Assembly: GCA_001643675.2 (NCBI GenBank)
Contig: LSRY02000013.1
Coordinates: forward strand, 620,001 to 684,000
DNA: 64,000 nucleotides
Source: Monocercomonoides exilis PA203
Taxonomy: Eukaryota; Protista; Preaxostyla
Direction of reading: 5' to 3'
Under the pieces are notes generated by a model. It was not told where the DNA came from. It saw nothing but the letters and a program-made list of their open reading frames with translations, and searched no databases. Position numbers and translations under genes: made by a program. This document shows positions 25,801 through 34,716 of the stretch, one piece after another (position 1 is the first letter of the stretch; each line of letters begins with the position of its first letter).

Positions 25801-28800
25801 TTTGGTTTTGGGTTCATAAAGATAAGTGGCGGGAGCCTGCTTTTGAACCGGTTTTCCACAGCTTCACAAGTGATATTTTGTTCTGCTTCGTTGATCACAT
25901 TGGATGGATCTGGAGGGTTGAGCTGTGATGAATGCAATATGAGCAGCATCAAGAGGATGTCTGGAAATGGAGGGTGCATTTCGGTTGAGAAGAACAATTT
26001 GTTGGCAAGCAACAGAAACAGGGAGATTGCAATCGATGGATGCTGTTTCAGTGATTGCTGTGTTTGTGAGGAAGGAGGAGAAGGAGGAGGAGTGAGTGCC
26101 TGGCTGGGAGAGAATGATGTTCTGATTGTGAATGGCTCGACTTGCTTTCAGGAATGTTGTGCACCAAGAGATGAAGGATCTGGCGGAAAAGGAGGCGGAA
26201 TGTGCATTTGCTGTGATGTGGCATCTTCTTCTTTTGAAATATGGAATGAAGTTGTATTTTCAAAGGAAATGCAGAACAATGCTGAATATGGAAAGGATGT
26301 GTTTGTCTGGTGCGGGAGTGGGATTTTGCTTTCCCAAATGATCAATTCGTCTTCAATTGGATTTTTTGATTCAACGAAACTGCCAACAGACGCGTTGCTT
26401 CTGAGCGGGAGTGAAAATGGAAGTGCTTCTCCAGTCATTCCTCTGCATGTGTATCTTTGCATTCTTCAATCACAAATTATCACTGACAGCAACAATGGAG
26501 CTGATCACACACACTGCGGGTTTCCCTCTTTTGGCTGCTTCTCAATAGATTACTGCATTGAAAATCGAATAAACAGCTCGTTAAACAGCATCAATGTCGT
26601 TTCAAGTTCAACAATTCAACATGAAATAGCGATCTCTTCCACATCAGTGAATGTCTATTCAGGAACGCTTGTGCCTGTTTCGGTCAGAGACACAGGCAGA
26701 GCCACACAGGATGGATTTGTGATATGCTCCTCTCCTCTTTCCCTTTCAAATCTGTCACTGAATGTGCAAAGGCAGTTTGCAGCTGCAAGAAAAGCCTTTC
26801 TTTTCTCTTCATCGTTGCTTTCCATCTCCAACTGTTGTGTGGAATTCTCTTCAGAAACTACGAATGATCCTGTTTCCTTCAATGTGATTTTTGTTGAAAG
26901 TGGGAATCTTCTGATCAGTGGATTCAAAATGGAAAAGGCAACAACATTCACAGCTTCGCCGATCTTTGCAGACAATCACAATTCAATAGAGATTGAGAAC
27001 AGCAGCTTGACTGGAATGAGGAGGATAAATGGAGACGGTGGATGCTTATACCTCAATGAGGCAAATGGCGATGGGAAAAGCATCACAATCCAAAGATGCA
27101 ACTTCACTGGTTCATGTGATGAGGGGAATGGAATTCGAGGCGGAGGAATCATGGCGAATGTTGGGAGCGGAAATGCACTTTGCGTGAAAAACACATCTTT
27201 CGAGAACTGCATGGTGCCTTCAGAAGATCGCGAATCAGTGGGAAATGGATTGGGAGGTGCGATGTATCTTTGTTTGCACGAAAGCATCAGAAGCCTCGCC
27301 TTCGATAATATCTCATTCAGTGGCTGCAATGCTTGGAAAGGAAAGCAGCTGTTTGTTGATGGAGAAGATCTGAGCCAGATTGCAAGCGATTGGTTGCAGT
27401 GCTTCAAAACAGAGACTATCTTGGCTGAAGATATGATGGGCTTTGAGAGAAGCACAACAAATAAAGAATTCCACATCCCAATTGTGCTGTATTTCCGAGC
27501 ATTCGAAGAGCCTTGCTTCGTTGGCGGAGCAGAAGAAAACGGCTTTGATCACACAGGATGTGGTTTTTCTGATTATCCATGCGAAACACTTCAGTATGGC
27601 TGCTTGTTCAGATTTGGGAATTCAAAGGCACATTTGACACTCAAAGATCATTTCTGCTTTGTGAATTCAATTGTTTTGAGTTCGCAAGAGATGGACATTG
27701 AAGCAGAGGCAAACGGAACACTGATAAATATTCTGCCTGATGGAGCAGGAGAAGGCGAAGGACTTGTCGAAACGAGAAATGTTGTGAACTTCAGCGGAAT
27801 TTCATTCAATGTTTCTGCAGCATTCATGGAAGTCAATAGAAAATGCCTGTTTCTCTGCACTGGCTCTGCCCTTTCACTGATTGATTGTTCTGTGAACACG
27901 CAATCGAAGAAGATTGACTTTGGATATGTGATTGTGAAAGGAGGCGATCTGCATATTCTGAGGGGGGTGTTGAACGAAATAGAACTGCTGGGAGCACCAG
28001 TGGTTGAATTGAGCGGGGAGACCAGCCGATGCACCCTTGAAGATGTGGAGTGGAACAACCTGAAAACAGGATCAGTCGCTGGGCTGATTGCTGCCAAGTC
28101 CTGCAGCCATGTTGAGATGAAAAACTCGAATGTGTCTGGCCCAGCACAGTTTGGCAATCACGGGGTCTTCTTTGTTGAGGAATCTTCGAGCGCAACACTG
28201 GAAAAGAGCAACTTCACCCTTTTGACGAGAAACGAAGGAAATGGAGCAGTAATTGAGGGAAGAGTCGGAGGTGGAAAGTCTTTGAGTGTGAATTCTTGTT
28301 CATTCACAGCAATCAGCTGCTTGGCGAGTGGCTCGAAAGGCGGAAGCATCATCACAAGTGTGTCTGCCAACGGGGAGCTGCTGTTCAACAACAACACAGT
28401 TGAAGAGAGCAAAGTGAAGAAAGCGGATGGTCTGGGCGGAGGGATGCACATCGAGTTTTTGAGCAGCGAGGTTGGATACTCGATGAAGAACAACAAATTC
28501 CTGAGCAACGATGCTTTGCTCGGATACGATGTGTATCTTGTGTGCCCCACTCCGCGCATGACAATCGACCGAAACAAGTGGACAGGATCAGCTGCAGAAG
28601 GCCAAGAAGAGAAAACAATGTGGGTGATCGATCCTTCGTTTCCAGAGGGATCAGACACGCTTCTGAAATACCTGTTTCCCAGACCTGACGAAATCATTTA
28701 TGTCAACACGCTCAATGGCCACACAGACGGCTGTGGCGCTGACGATTATCCTTGCAACGAGCTTTGGCTCGCTTCTGGGAAAATGACTGAGGACAAGCGC

Positions 28801-31800
28801 ATTCTGCAGATTATTTCTTCTTGTGAATTGAGGGGAGCAATAGAGAGAGATAACGATCCGATGACGATTGAAGGGAAAGGAGATGACGGGAGTCGACTGA
28901 TTGTGACAAAAGAGGGGCACTTGAAGATGACTGTTGGTACTGCACTCACAACGCTGACATTTTCGAAGATTGGATTTGAGCTGCCTCAAACATCAGATTT
29001 CGCTGAGCTTGTGGAAGTTGGCGTGGGCACAACATATTTTGTGGGGTGTTCATTCGGAAGCGCCAATCAGGAAGCACTTGCAGAGACAAGCATGCGAATA
29101 ATCACAGGAAGGGGAGGAAAGATCTCATTCGATGGAGTGATCATAAAGAACATGGTGTTTAATGCTGATTGCGGAATCTTTTTGAGCGGAGAAGCTGGTT
29201 GCACTTTTGACAGTGTGGAAGTCAGCAACATCCGATCAAGCGGAATTGGAATGCTTGTTGGAGAAGGCGGAACAGAGGTTTTGTTGAATGAATTGAGAAG
29301 CACAAACTGCTCATTTGGGAATGGCAGCTTTGCTGTGCTGAAGAAAGTGAAGATCCTGAACTGGAAGAATGGAACGAGCATGACAGACTGCACGAACGAA
29401 GGAGGGAACTGTGGATGTGGGCTTATTTCTGTTGAGGGAGAAAGCGATGTTCAGATCAACGGGACAAGCATCAGGCTGTGCTCGGCAAGCGAGGATCATG
29501 GAAGAGGAGGCGGATTGTATTTGGATATTTCAGATAATCCCCTGCTGAACATCAAACTGACAGAAATAACATTTGCAGACAATTGCGCCTTCGAAGGGAA
29601 AGACATGTTTGTTTTGAGCACAGATGTGAATGCATCTGCTGTGAGACAAAGGTTTGCGTTTCAGCTGCAGAACGAGAGAAACGAAAGCATTGTTAATCTG
29701 AAAGGCACAGATAATGTTTTGCTGAAAGGATCAGTTGTTGATCTTCTGCTATTCCTGATCCAAAGGAAGGAGAATGCAATCTTTGTTTCAAGGAGTGGAA
29801 TGGACATTTTGGGATGTGGAAGTGCAGAGTTCCCTTGCCAGACATTTTGGAGAGGATATGAAAACATCGATTTGGAAGCACATGATCGAGTAATGCGAAT
29901 TGATTCAAGGGGAAATATCAAAATTCATTACGATCTCTCATCGTTCAGGGTGATGTCCAACAAGGCAGATGAGAAGTGTGTGGTGCTGTTCGAGAATGCC
30001 ATGGAAGCAAACGAAGAGAAAAAATCAATTATTCAGAACTCGAAAGAATTGAAGTTGGAAATGATTCAGTTTACTCTTCCTTCTTCTTTCACAAACAACG
30101 AAAATATTCTTCTACACTCTGAATCAGACAATTCTTGCCTTTCGCTCAATGGATGCACCTTCAACAGAAACAGCGCATCAGACTTGGAGTTCTGCCTCAT
30201 TCATTCTGAAGCAGGTGACGTTCAGTTGCTGAATTGTGATTTCTCTTCGCTGTCTTTCTCGTCAACGCCTGTCCAGCTGAATTCTTCGTGTGAAATAATC
30301 GGATGCAATTTTTCGTCGATATCCGCAAAGTCGAGTCAGAAGGGAGGTGTAGTTTGTGTGGAGCTGTTGGGAGAAGCGACATTTTCGATGAGCCAGACAG
30401 AAACGGTTTGCTGTGGGTGCTCTGAAGAACAAGGGAGAGGAGGGTTTATATTTCTTGAATGCAAAGGAGCTTTGGCTGACAATCCTTTTGCTTTTGGGGA
30501 AAGTGTTTCCTTTGCTGGCCACAAGGCGCAGATAGGGAAAAACATGTTCATCTCGGCAGGCGATCTGAACAAAAGTGTGACACTCTCAACACTCTGCTTT
30601 GACTTCAGGAAAAGCAGAGAAGACGTGCTGCTGTTTTGTGGAAGAGATTTGGTATGGGAAGACACCACCCTGCTCCGTTTCTTGGAGACATACACAAGCC
30701 AAACAATATTTGTGAGCTCTGGTGGATACGATATTATGAGATGTGGAAGCGAAGAGGATCCGTGCAGGAGCATGTGGAAAGGGATGAGGCAGATGGACGA
30801 AGCCGCTCCTCAGAAGTGGATAAAAATAGCAGATGAGACAATTGTACAGGACTCGTTCGTTCTCTCCAACTATGTTATTGAGCATGACGAAACAGAAGAG
30901 CAAAGTCGAGGGAAGCTGATATTTGCAAACAAGACAGAAAGTGGAACTGACCCTGTCATTAACAATGAGGGAATATTGAAGCTCAACAGGATTGCGGTTG
31001 CACTGTCGGAAGGGTTTTGCAACGAACAGCTGTTTTCCATTGTTGGGAAAAGTGGACTGATTGAGATGAGCGATTGCTCGTTTGCAGCTGAGACTCGTGG
31101 AGATGCTCCAGCGAAGGTTGGCTTTTTGCTGATGGAAGGTGGAGTGCTGAATGTTTCGAAGCTGTCAGTTGAGAATGTGATGTCGGAGATGGGGGTGTTT
31201 GCGATCAGCAACAGATGCGATTGTGCAATGCAGCATCTTGTGGCATCGGGATGCACATTTTCTGGCGAAAGTTTTGTGAAAATAGTTTCTCGCTCATATC
31301 AAAAGGAGAATGCTGCTGACTGCTCTGTTTCCATCAAAGACTCCACATTCCAGCTGATCACTCGGAATGGCAACGGGCCTGCAATCATCAGCTCATCTGG
31401 CTGCGCCTCGGCGATATCAATCAGCGGATGCACTTTCGATTCGTGCAAGGCAGTTGGCTCTGAAAGAGGCGGAGGAGTCTTTGAGGAGCTTCAGAGTGGA
31501 GGAGCGCTATCAATGAGCAAGTCCTCGGTGATTCAGTGCGGATGCAGCAACTACAACGGAAAAGGAGGAGGGCTTTTCATCTGCACCAGTTTTGCAGGCG
31601 CCCTCTCATTCCTGTTTGAGAAGATGGCATTCAAAGGAAACAGCGCAAAAGTGGGGAATGATGTGTTTGTGGAGTGTGTTGACATCGAGAATCAGATCAA
31701 CGAGACACAGTTCTGCTTTGACTTGCGAGAAACTGCATACACGCGGTTGAACGCCATCTACGGCATCGACTCCACAAACCACCAGTGCGACACAAATCTG

Positions 31801-34716
31801 ATGGACTTCATCACAATCCACCAGGCAGACACCATCATCCTGTCATCCGCTCCATCCAGCAACGGGAAGAACGACAGGCAGTGCGGAACACTGAAGCTCC
31901 CGTGCCTGACAATCGGCTATGCACTCAGCCATTTGACAAACGATGTGGAAAGCAGACTTCTGGTGGATGGCGAGTCGTTTGCTGAAAAGGAGATGGATCT
32001 CGAAGATCTTTCAATCACATCTCGAAAGGAAGATCCCTCGAAACTCACCATATTCCCCGATATTCCTCACACAAGAGCCAGCATTATATCAACTGCAGGA
32101 TGCGTTTCTGTCTCGAAGATTGAGTTTTTCTTTGGCTCAGACTTTTCTTCAGCACACCACATTTTGCTCACAGCAGGTTCTGGAAGCCTGTCGTTGCTTG
32201 CATGCAGTTTTGCCCAATCACAAGAAGAAATCAGCGCTCAAGCGATTGAACTGACGCTCATCTCAATCGAAGATGGACAAGTCACAGCTTCACAGATAAA
32301 AATATGTCACATGCACTTTTCTGCTGAAGCGTCTATCCGAGTCGCTCATTTGGATGGCTGTGTGCTTCTCTCTGAAATGAAAGTGGATGATGTTGTTCTG
32401 AACAAAGGCACTTTCATTTTGATTGAAGGGGAGCAATCATTTTCTGAGCAGCCAAAGAGCGGAGGCGAAAGAAGTGTTGAACTCAAAGATGTGTCAGTTG
32501 ACAATGTTTCATCTGCACAGCAGGTGGAAGGAGTCATTGCTTGTTCATCGTTCAAGGGAGGGATTTATTTGGCGAATTGCTCTTATTCCAACGCCTCGTC
32601 GAAATCTGAGGCAGGAAGCATGATGACTTTTGTGGAATGCAGCAATGTGACATTATGTTGGAACGTGCTTCGAGGTGACTTGATTCATTCAGGAAAAAGT
32701 GAAAATGGCGGAGAAGCAGGCATTTGCCAATGGACAACCTCAGCTGTTTCGTTTGTCAACAGCAATGCAACCATGAAAGAAACCACAATCAAGAACTTTC
32801 CAAAAGGAGGTGTAACTGCAACGGGCGGACACTTGCTCATCGAGAAATGCGAATTCATGCGGAATGATCCGGGGATCGAAAAATACCCTTCAGCAAGAAG
32901 GAACATTGCGTGTGGAGGAAGCGGAAATGTCAATGTTGTGAGCCTGAAAGGAGGAGACGGGCAGGAAAAGAACGGATCGCTGTGGCTCTTGAACGAAGGA
33001 TGCACACTGAGCGGGATGGCTCAAGAAAGAAAATCTCCTCTGTTTGTTCCCATTTTGGAAAATGTGAAGATGGAAGACAAAGGAACAGAATTGAAAGTGA
33101 TATTCAAAGGGCAACTTCTTCTTCCATGCAACTTGTCGTTTCGAGTTGTAACAGCCATTCGTTCCGAGGCGTTGGTGGAGCAATACGAGTTCGAATGTGG
33201 AGGGTTTGTCTCAGAGAATGAAGCTTGGGGGATGATTCCTTCAAAATCAATTCGTGATGCTGAAGAGAAAGCAGAGGTGACTGTTTCAATATTGTTTGGA
33301 AAAAAGGATGCTCCATCAACAACTGATTCTTTCATTGTGAAGAATAAGAGTGAGTCTCAGACAAGTGGAGATGAAAGGATTGTTGAAGGAAAAAACAAAG
33401 AAAAATCAATATGGCCAATTGTGGTTGTTATTTTGGCTGTTGTTCTATTGATTGTTCTGATTGCTTCAATTGTTCTGGCTGTTCGATGGAGAAAGGCAAA
33501 GAATGAAGCAGAAGATCTGAGAGAGATTGTGAATGATAACATCAGAAAGGATCCGAAGGCATTCGAGATGGTGACGATGGAGATGTCGCCAGAAGAGCAG
33601 TGGAGGAGAGCAGAGAGGGAGGCTGAGAAGAAGGATGAAGAGAGGATGAAGAAGAGGGTATATGCGAAAAGCCTTCAGCATTCAGAATCGTCAGAGCATT
33701 TGCTGGCTGAGAGTGGATCGACTGAATACATTCTGGGAAAAGATTCAGACAAGATTCCTGAATGGGCATTGGAAAAGGTTGAGGAAGAAGATGACATATC
33801 GAGAAAGAGATCTCCTTCACCATCCACTTCATCCACTTCATCCACAGACACTTCAGACACTGAATCCACTTTTGTTCGAAGGGAGGATCTGTGCCCAACC
33901 ACTTCGTCAATGTCGAATCTGGTGGATGCGATGGCCTGCTCATCACCACATGAAAAGCTGATTGTGGATCTGAGGGATTCACTATTTATGTTGTTGCATG
34001 GAAGGAATAAGACAAAGGAAATGCCGATTGGTACTCTTCAAGAAAGGGAAGTCTCGGCTGCCCAAATCCTGTTCTGGGTGGCTAATCTCGCTCTCCACTC
34101 CTTTGATGAGATGGAAAATCCACTCCAATCGCTTGCCAATCTGAGCCCTCACATCGTATTATTCTCGGAGCACATGGTCATCTGCATTGTCATGCACTCA
34201 GACCTTTTATCAGATGACTCTGATTCATCATCGATCTCATCATCAACTGTTGTGACATCTGCCAGTGATGATGATGACAATGATGACTCCCTTCCCTCAT
34301 CGGCATTTGAGGATGAAGATAGCTTCAAAAAAGAGTGTCTGAGGTGGAAGGCACCAGAGCTGCTGATCAACAAGAACATGAAGGCAACAAAGAAGTCGGT
34401 GGTGTTCTCGATCGGGATGATGCTGTGGGAGTGCCTGACACTCCACATCCCGTTCGGGGAGTACGAGGCTGTGATTGCTGGAGACAAGATTGCAAAAGGA
34501 GAGGCTTTGAGCATGTGCGGAAATGCTGCAAGCTCATTCTCTTTGGTCGTCAGCGAATGCCTCTCCTTTCAGCCTTCCAACCGGCCTTCTCTTGTCTCCA
34601 TTTTGAGAGAGTTCTTTCAGAAGTTCCCCGAGTCAGCCAAGCTCCCCACAATGACTGACGCACTCTTCACAAACCAGCAATCTGCCATCAGCAGAAACAG
34701 CTGCTGCAGCTATTAG
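22816..34716 (+). CDS. Giant intronless type-I membrane protein (3966 aa): signal peptide, 8 Cys-containing beta-helix-like modules, TM helix, C-terminal pseudokinase
   Basis: First ATG at 22816 (MLFIFLSVLYFLIEITQC). Repeated GxD...CG....PC and GG(G/A)(I/M/L) motifs. TM IWPIVVVILAVVLLIVLIASIVLAV followed by RWRK. Kinase C-lobe motifs RWKAPELL and VFSIGMMLWECLT..PF, with no HRD or DFG. Confidence 0.85.
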   Translation: MLFIFLSVLYFLIEITQCETHENRQSTTTLGRYEKTSSFCISVGCSRISEESQSTSDESAERRMVAFPTEINTREVFCHTLVVSSIASCNSSISCLNIHFHSVGGREIASLFGQSTFFVRSCLFSSPKLSTDAFIHSRCGSIRLLNLSLVRSRSNGLFPSLVSFHPEDALQDYQSRLEIADSTFSSFSLCDSKPFVQSSILSFISIQSSSFQNISQQHPERGTNDKICAFFSLSSSIVSSVSNPTEGCISPKVSDGQLNLFNSTFLRCSKTIGSKINHTGSENTLVDNCLYENTSGSFITHNSIGSAIVKNTDFRNSTNSRCIYEKQSCKMQSINNTFNSISSTGYASCIAPCEGTGPLTIQNNNMTNCTALWGGGCCHIHSGFSNKDLISDCFFCDCFTTSTYSVCNGGGAIWNGEGARVSYSNVIFENCCANATVGGAICFDSREMTLTHYSSLSFCLFVDCNANGDGKDIYVKNPWQNVLKESQFKNCLTNSFSSTNRLVFEVGGDKSVWMEKIEIFVDTSGRDVALCGWKNSPCLTVCNSVSGAALTRKDRPAHININAGAYVEQSLFVDSKYLSFEGSTNFGTKLSGSSSSSNALFQISSGYAFLTGLAIIRNSSASASLPLFSISSASGELVIVSCKISAESSQIFPFATAFASISTGHLIMSKTTVESMMFSDVSALRIESSTLHCFSFENTTFRGITRNEGSGSVFDVTLTSGDELNLDELEFERCMCNKGNGGSINCIIDAGGKVTIGSTKRIALEECTVPQDIINKGKGGGMHLKLTGLSSNFAIRDVMFGGCKAWMGDSLFVDAISLNSSITRISLNFSLSGMSDDDLMGFEEQCRTDPVPLLAYLQTFSGTALVGGSKNRDFSGCGTANYPCGSIGYAAALRFSNDKRYITLNQNFEWTESLTFNVNAWEVKSPTRGREIKVLSEGTNASEGMVAVEIATSLSNLSFSASSLLGQHSCFLLCQREELAMTDCSLKCASSGNTEFGFGFIKISGGSLLLNRFSTASQVIFCSASLITLDGSGGLSCDECNMSSIKRMSGNGGCISVEKNNLLASNRNREIAIDGCCFSDCCVCEEGGEGGGVSAWLGENDVLIVNGSTCFQECCAPRDEGSGGKGGGMCICCDVASSSFEIWNEVVFSKEMQNNAEYGKDVFVWCGSGILLSQMINSSSIGFFDSTKLPTDALLLSGSENGSASPVIPLHVYLCILQSQIITDSNNGADHTHCGFPSFGCFSIDYCIENRINSSLNSINVVSSSTIQHEIAISSTSVNVYSGTLVPVSVRDTGRATQDGFVICSSPLSLSNLSLNVQRQFAAARKAFLFSSSLLSISNCCVEFSSETTNDPVSFNVIFVESGNLLISGFKMEKATTFTASPIFADNHNSIEIENSSLTGMRRINGDGGCLYLNEANGDGKSITIQRCNFTGSCDEGNGIRGGGIMANVGSGNALCVKNTSFENCMVPSEDRESVGNGLGGAMYLCLHESIRSLAFDNISFSGCNAWKGKQLFVDGEDLSQIASDWLQCFKTETILAEDMMGFERSTTNKEFHIPIVLYFRAFEEPCFVGGAEENGFDHTGCGFSDYPCETLQYGCLFRFGNSKAHLTLKDHFCFVNSIVLSSQEMDIEAEANGTLINILPDGAGEGEGLVETRNVVNFSGISFNVSAAFMEVNRKCLFLCTGSALSLIDCSVNTQSKKIDFGYVIVKGGDLHILRGVLNEIELLGAPVVELSGETSRCTLEDVEWNNLKTGSVAGLIAAKSCSHVEMKNSNVSGPAQFGNHGVFFVEESSSATLEKSNFTLLTRNEGNGAVIEGRVGGGKSLSVNSCSFTAISCLASGSKGGSIITSVSANGELLFNNNTVEESKVKKADGLGGGMHIEFLSSEVGYSMKNNKFLSNDALLGYDVYLVCPTPRMTIDRNKWTGSAAEGQEEKTMWVIDPSFPEGSDTLLKYLFPRPDEIIYVNTLNGHTDGCGADDYPCNELWLASGKMTEDKRILQIISSCELRGAIERDNDPMTIEGKGDDGSRLIVTKEGHLKMTVGTALTTLTFSKIGFELPQTSDFAELVEVGVGTTYFVGCSFGSANQEALAETSMRIITGRGGKISFDGVIIKNMVFNADCGIFLSGEAGCTFDSVEVSNIRSSGIGMLVGEGGTEVLLNELRSTNCSFGNGSFAVLKKVKILNWKNGTSMTDCTNEGGNCGCGLISVEGESDVQINGTSIRLCSASEDHGRGGGLYLDISDNPLLNIKLTEITFADNCAFEGKDMFVLSTDVNASAVRQRFAFQLQNERNESIVNLKGTDNVLLKGSVVDLLLFLIQRKENAIFVSRSGMDILGCGSAEFPCQTFWRGYENIDLEAHDRVMRIDSRGNIKIHYDLSSFRVMSNKADEKCVVLFENAMEANEEKKSIIQNSKELKLEMIQFTLPSSFTNNENILLHSESDNSCLSLNGCTFNRNSASDLEFCLIHSEAGDVQLLNCDFSSLSFSSTPVQLNSSCEIIGCNFSSISAKSSQKGGVVCVELLGEATFSMSQTETVCCGCSEEQGRGGFIFLECKGALADNPFAFGESVSFAGHKAQIGKNMFISAGDLNKSVTLSTLCFDFRKSREDVLLFCGRDLVWEDTTLLRFLETYTSQTIFVSSGGYDIMRCGSEEDPCRSMWKGMRQMDEAAPQKWIKIADETIVQDSFVLSNYVIEHDETEEQSRGKLIFANKTESGTDPVINNEGILKLNRIAVALSEGFCNEQLFSIVGKSGLIEMSDCSFAAETRGDAPAKVGFLLMEGGVLNVSKLSVENVMSEMGVFAISNRCDCAMQHLVASGCTFSGESFVKIVSRSYQKENAADCSVSIKDSTFQLITRNGNGPAIISSSGCASAISISGCTFDSCKAVGSERGGGVFEELQSGGALSMSKSSVIQCGCSNYNGKGGGLFICTSFAGALSFLFEKMAFKGNSAKVGNDVFVECVDIENQINETQFCFDLRETAYTRLNAIYGIDSTNHQCDTNLMDFITIHQADTIILSSAPSSNGKNDRQCGTLKLPCLTIGYALSHLTNDVESRLLVDGESFAEKEMDLEDLSITSRKEDPSKLTIFPDIPHTRASIISTAGCVSVSKIEFFFGSDFSSAHHILLTAGSGSLSLLACSFAQSQEEISAQAIELTLISIEDGQVTASQIKICHMHFSAEASIRVAHLDGCVLLSEMKVDDVVLNKGTFILIEGEQSFSEQPKSGGERSVELKDVSVDNVSSAQQVEGVIACSSFKGGIYLANCSYSNASSKSEAGSMMTFVECSNVTLCWNVLRGDLIHSGKSENGGEAGICQWTTSAVSFVNSNATMKETTIKNFPKGGVTATGGHLLIEKCEFMRNDPGIEKYPSARRNIACGGSGNVNVVSLKGGDGQEKNGSLWLLNEGCTLSGMAQERKSPLFVPILENVKMEDKGTELKVIFKGQLLLPCNLSFRVVTAIRSEALVEQYEFECGGFVSENEAWGMIPSKSIRDAEEKAEVTVSILFGKKDAPSTTDSFIVKNKSESQTSGDERIVEGKNKEKSIWPIVVVILAVVLLIVLIASIVLAVRWRKAKNEAEDLREIVNDNIRKDPKAFEMVTMEMSPEEQWRRAEREAEKKDEERMKKRVYAKSLQHSESSEHLLAESGSTEYILGKDSDKIPEWALEKVEEEDDISRKRSPSPSTSSTSSTDTSDTESTFVRREDLCPTTSSMSNLVDAMACSSPHEKLIVDLRDSLFMLLHGRNKTKEMPIGTLQEREVSAAQILFWVANLALHSFDEMENPLQSLANLSPHIVLFSEHMVICIVMHSDLLSDDSDSSSISSSTVVTSASDDDDNDDSLPSSAFEDEDSFKKECLRWKAPELLINKNMKATKKSVVFSIGMMLWECLTLHIPFGEYEAVIAGDKIAKGEALSMCGNAASSFSLVVSECLSFQPSNRPSLVSILREFFQKFPESAKLPTMTDALFTNQQSAISRNSCCSY

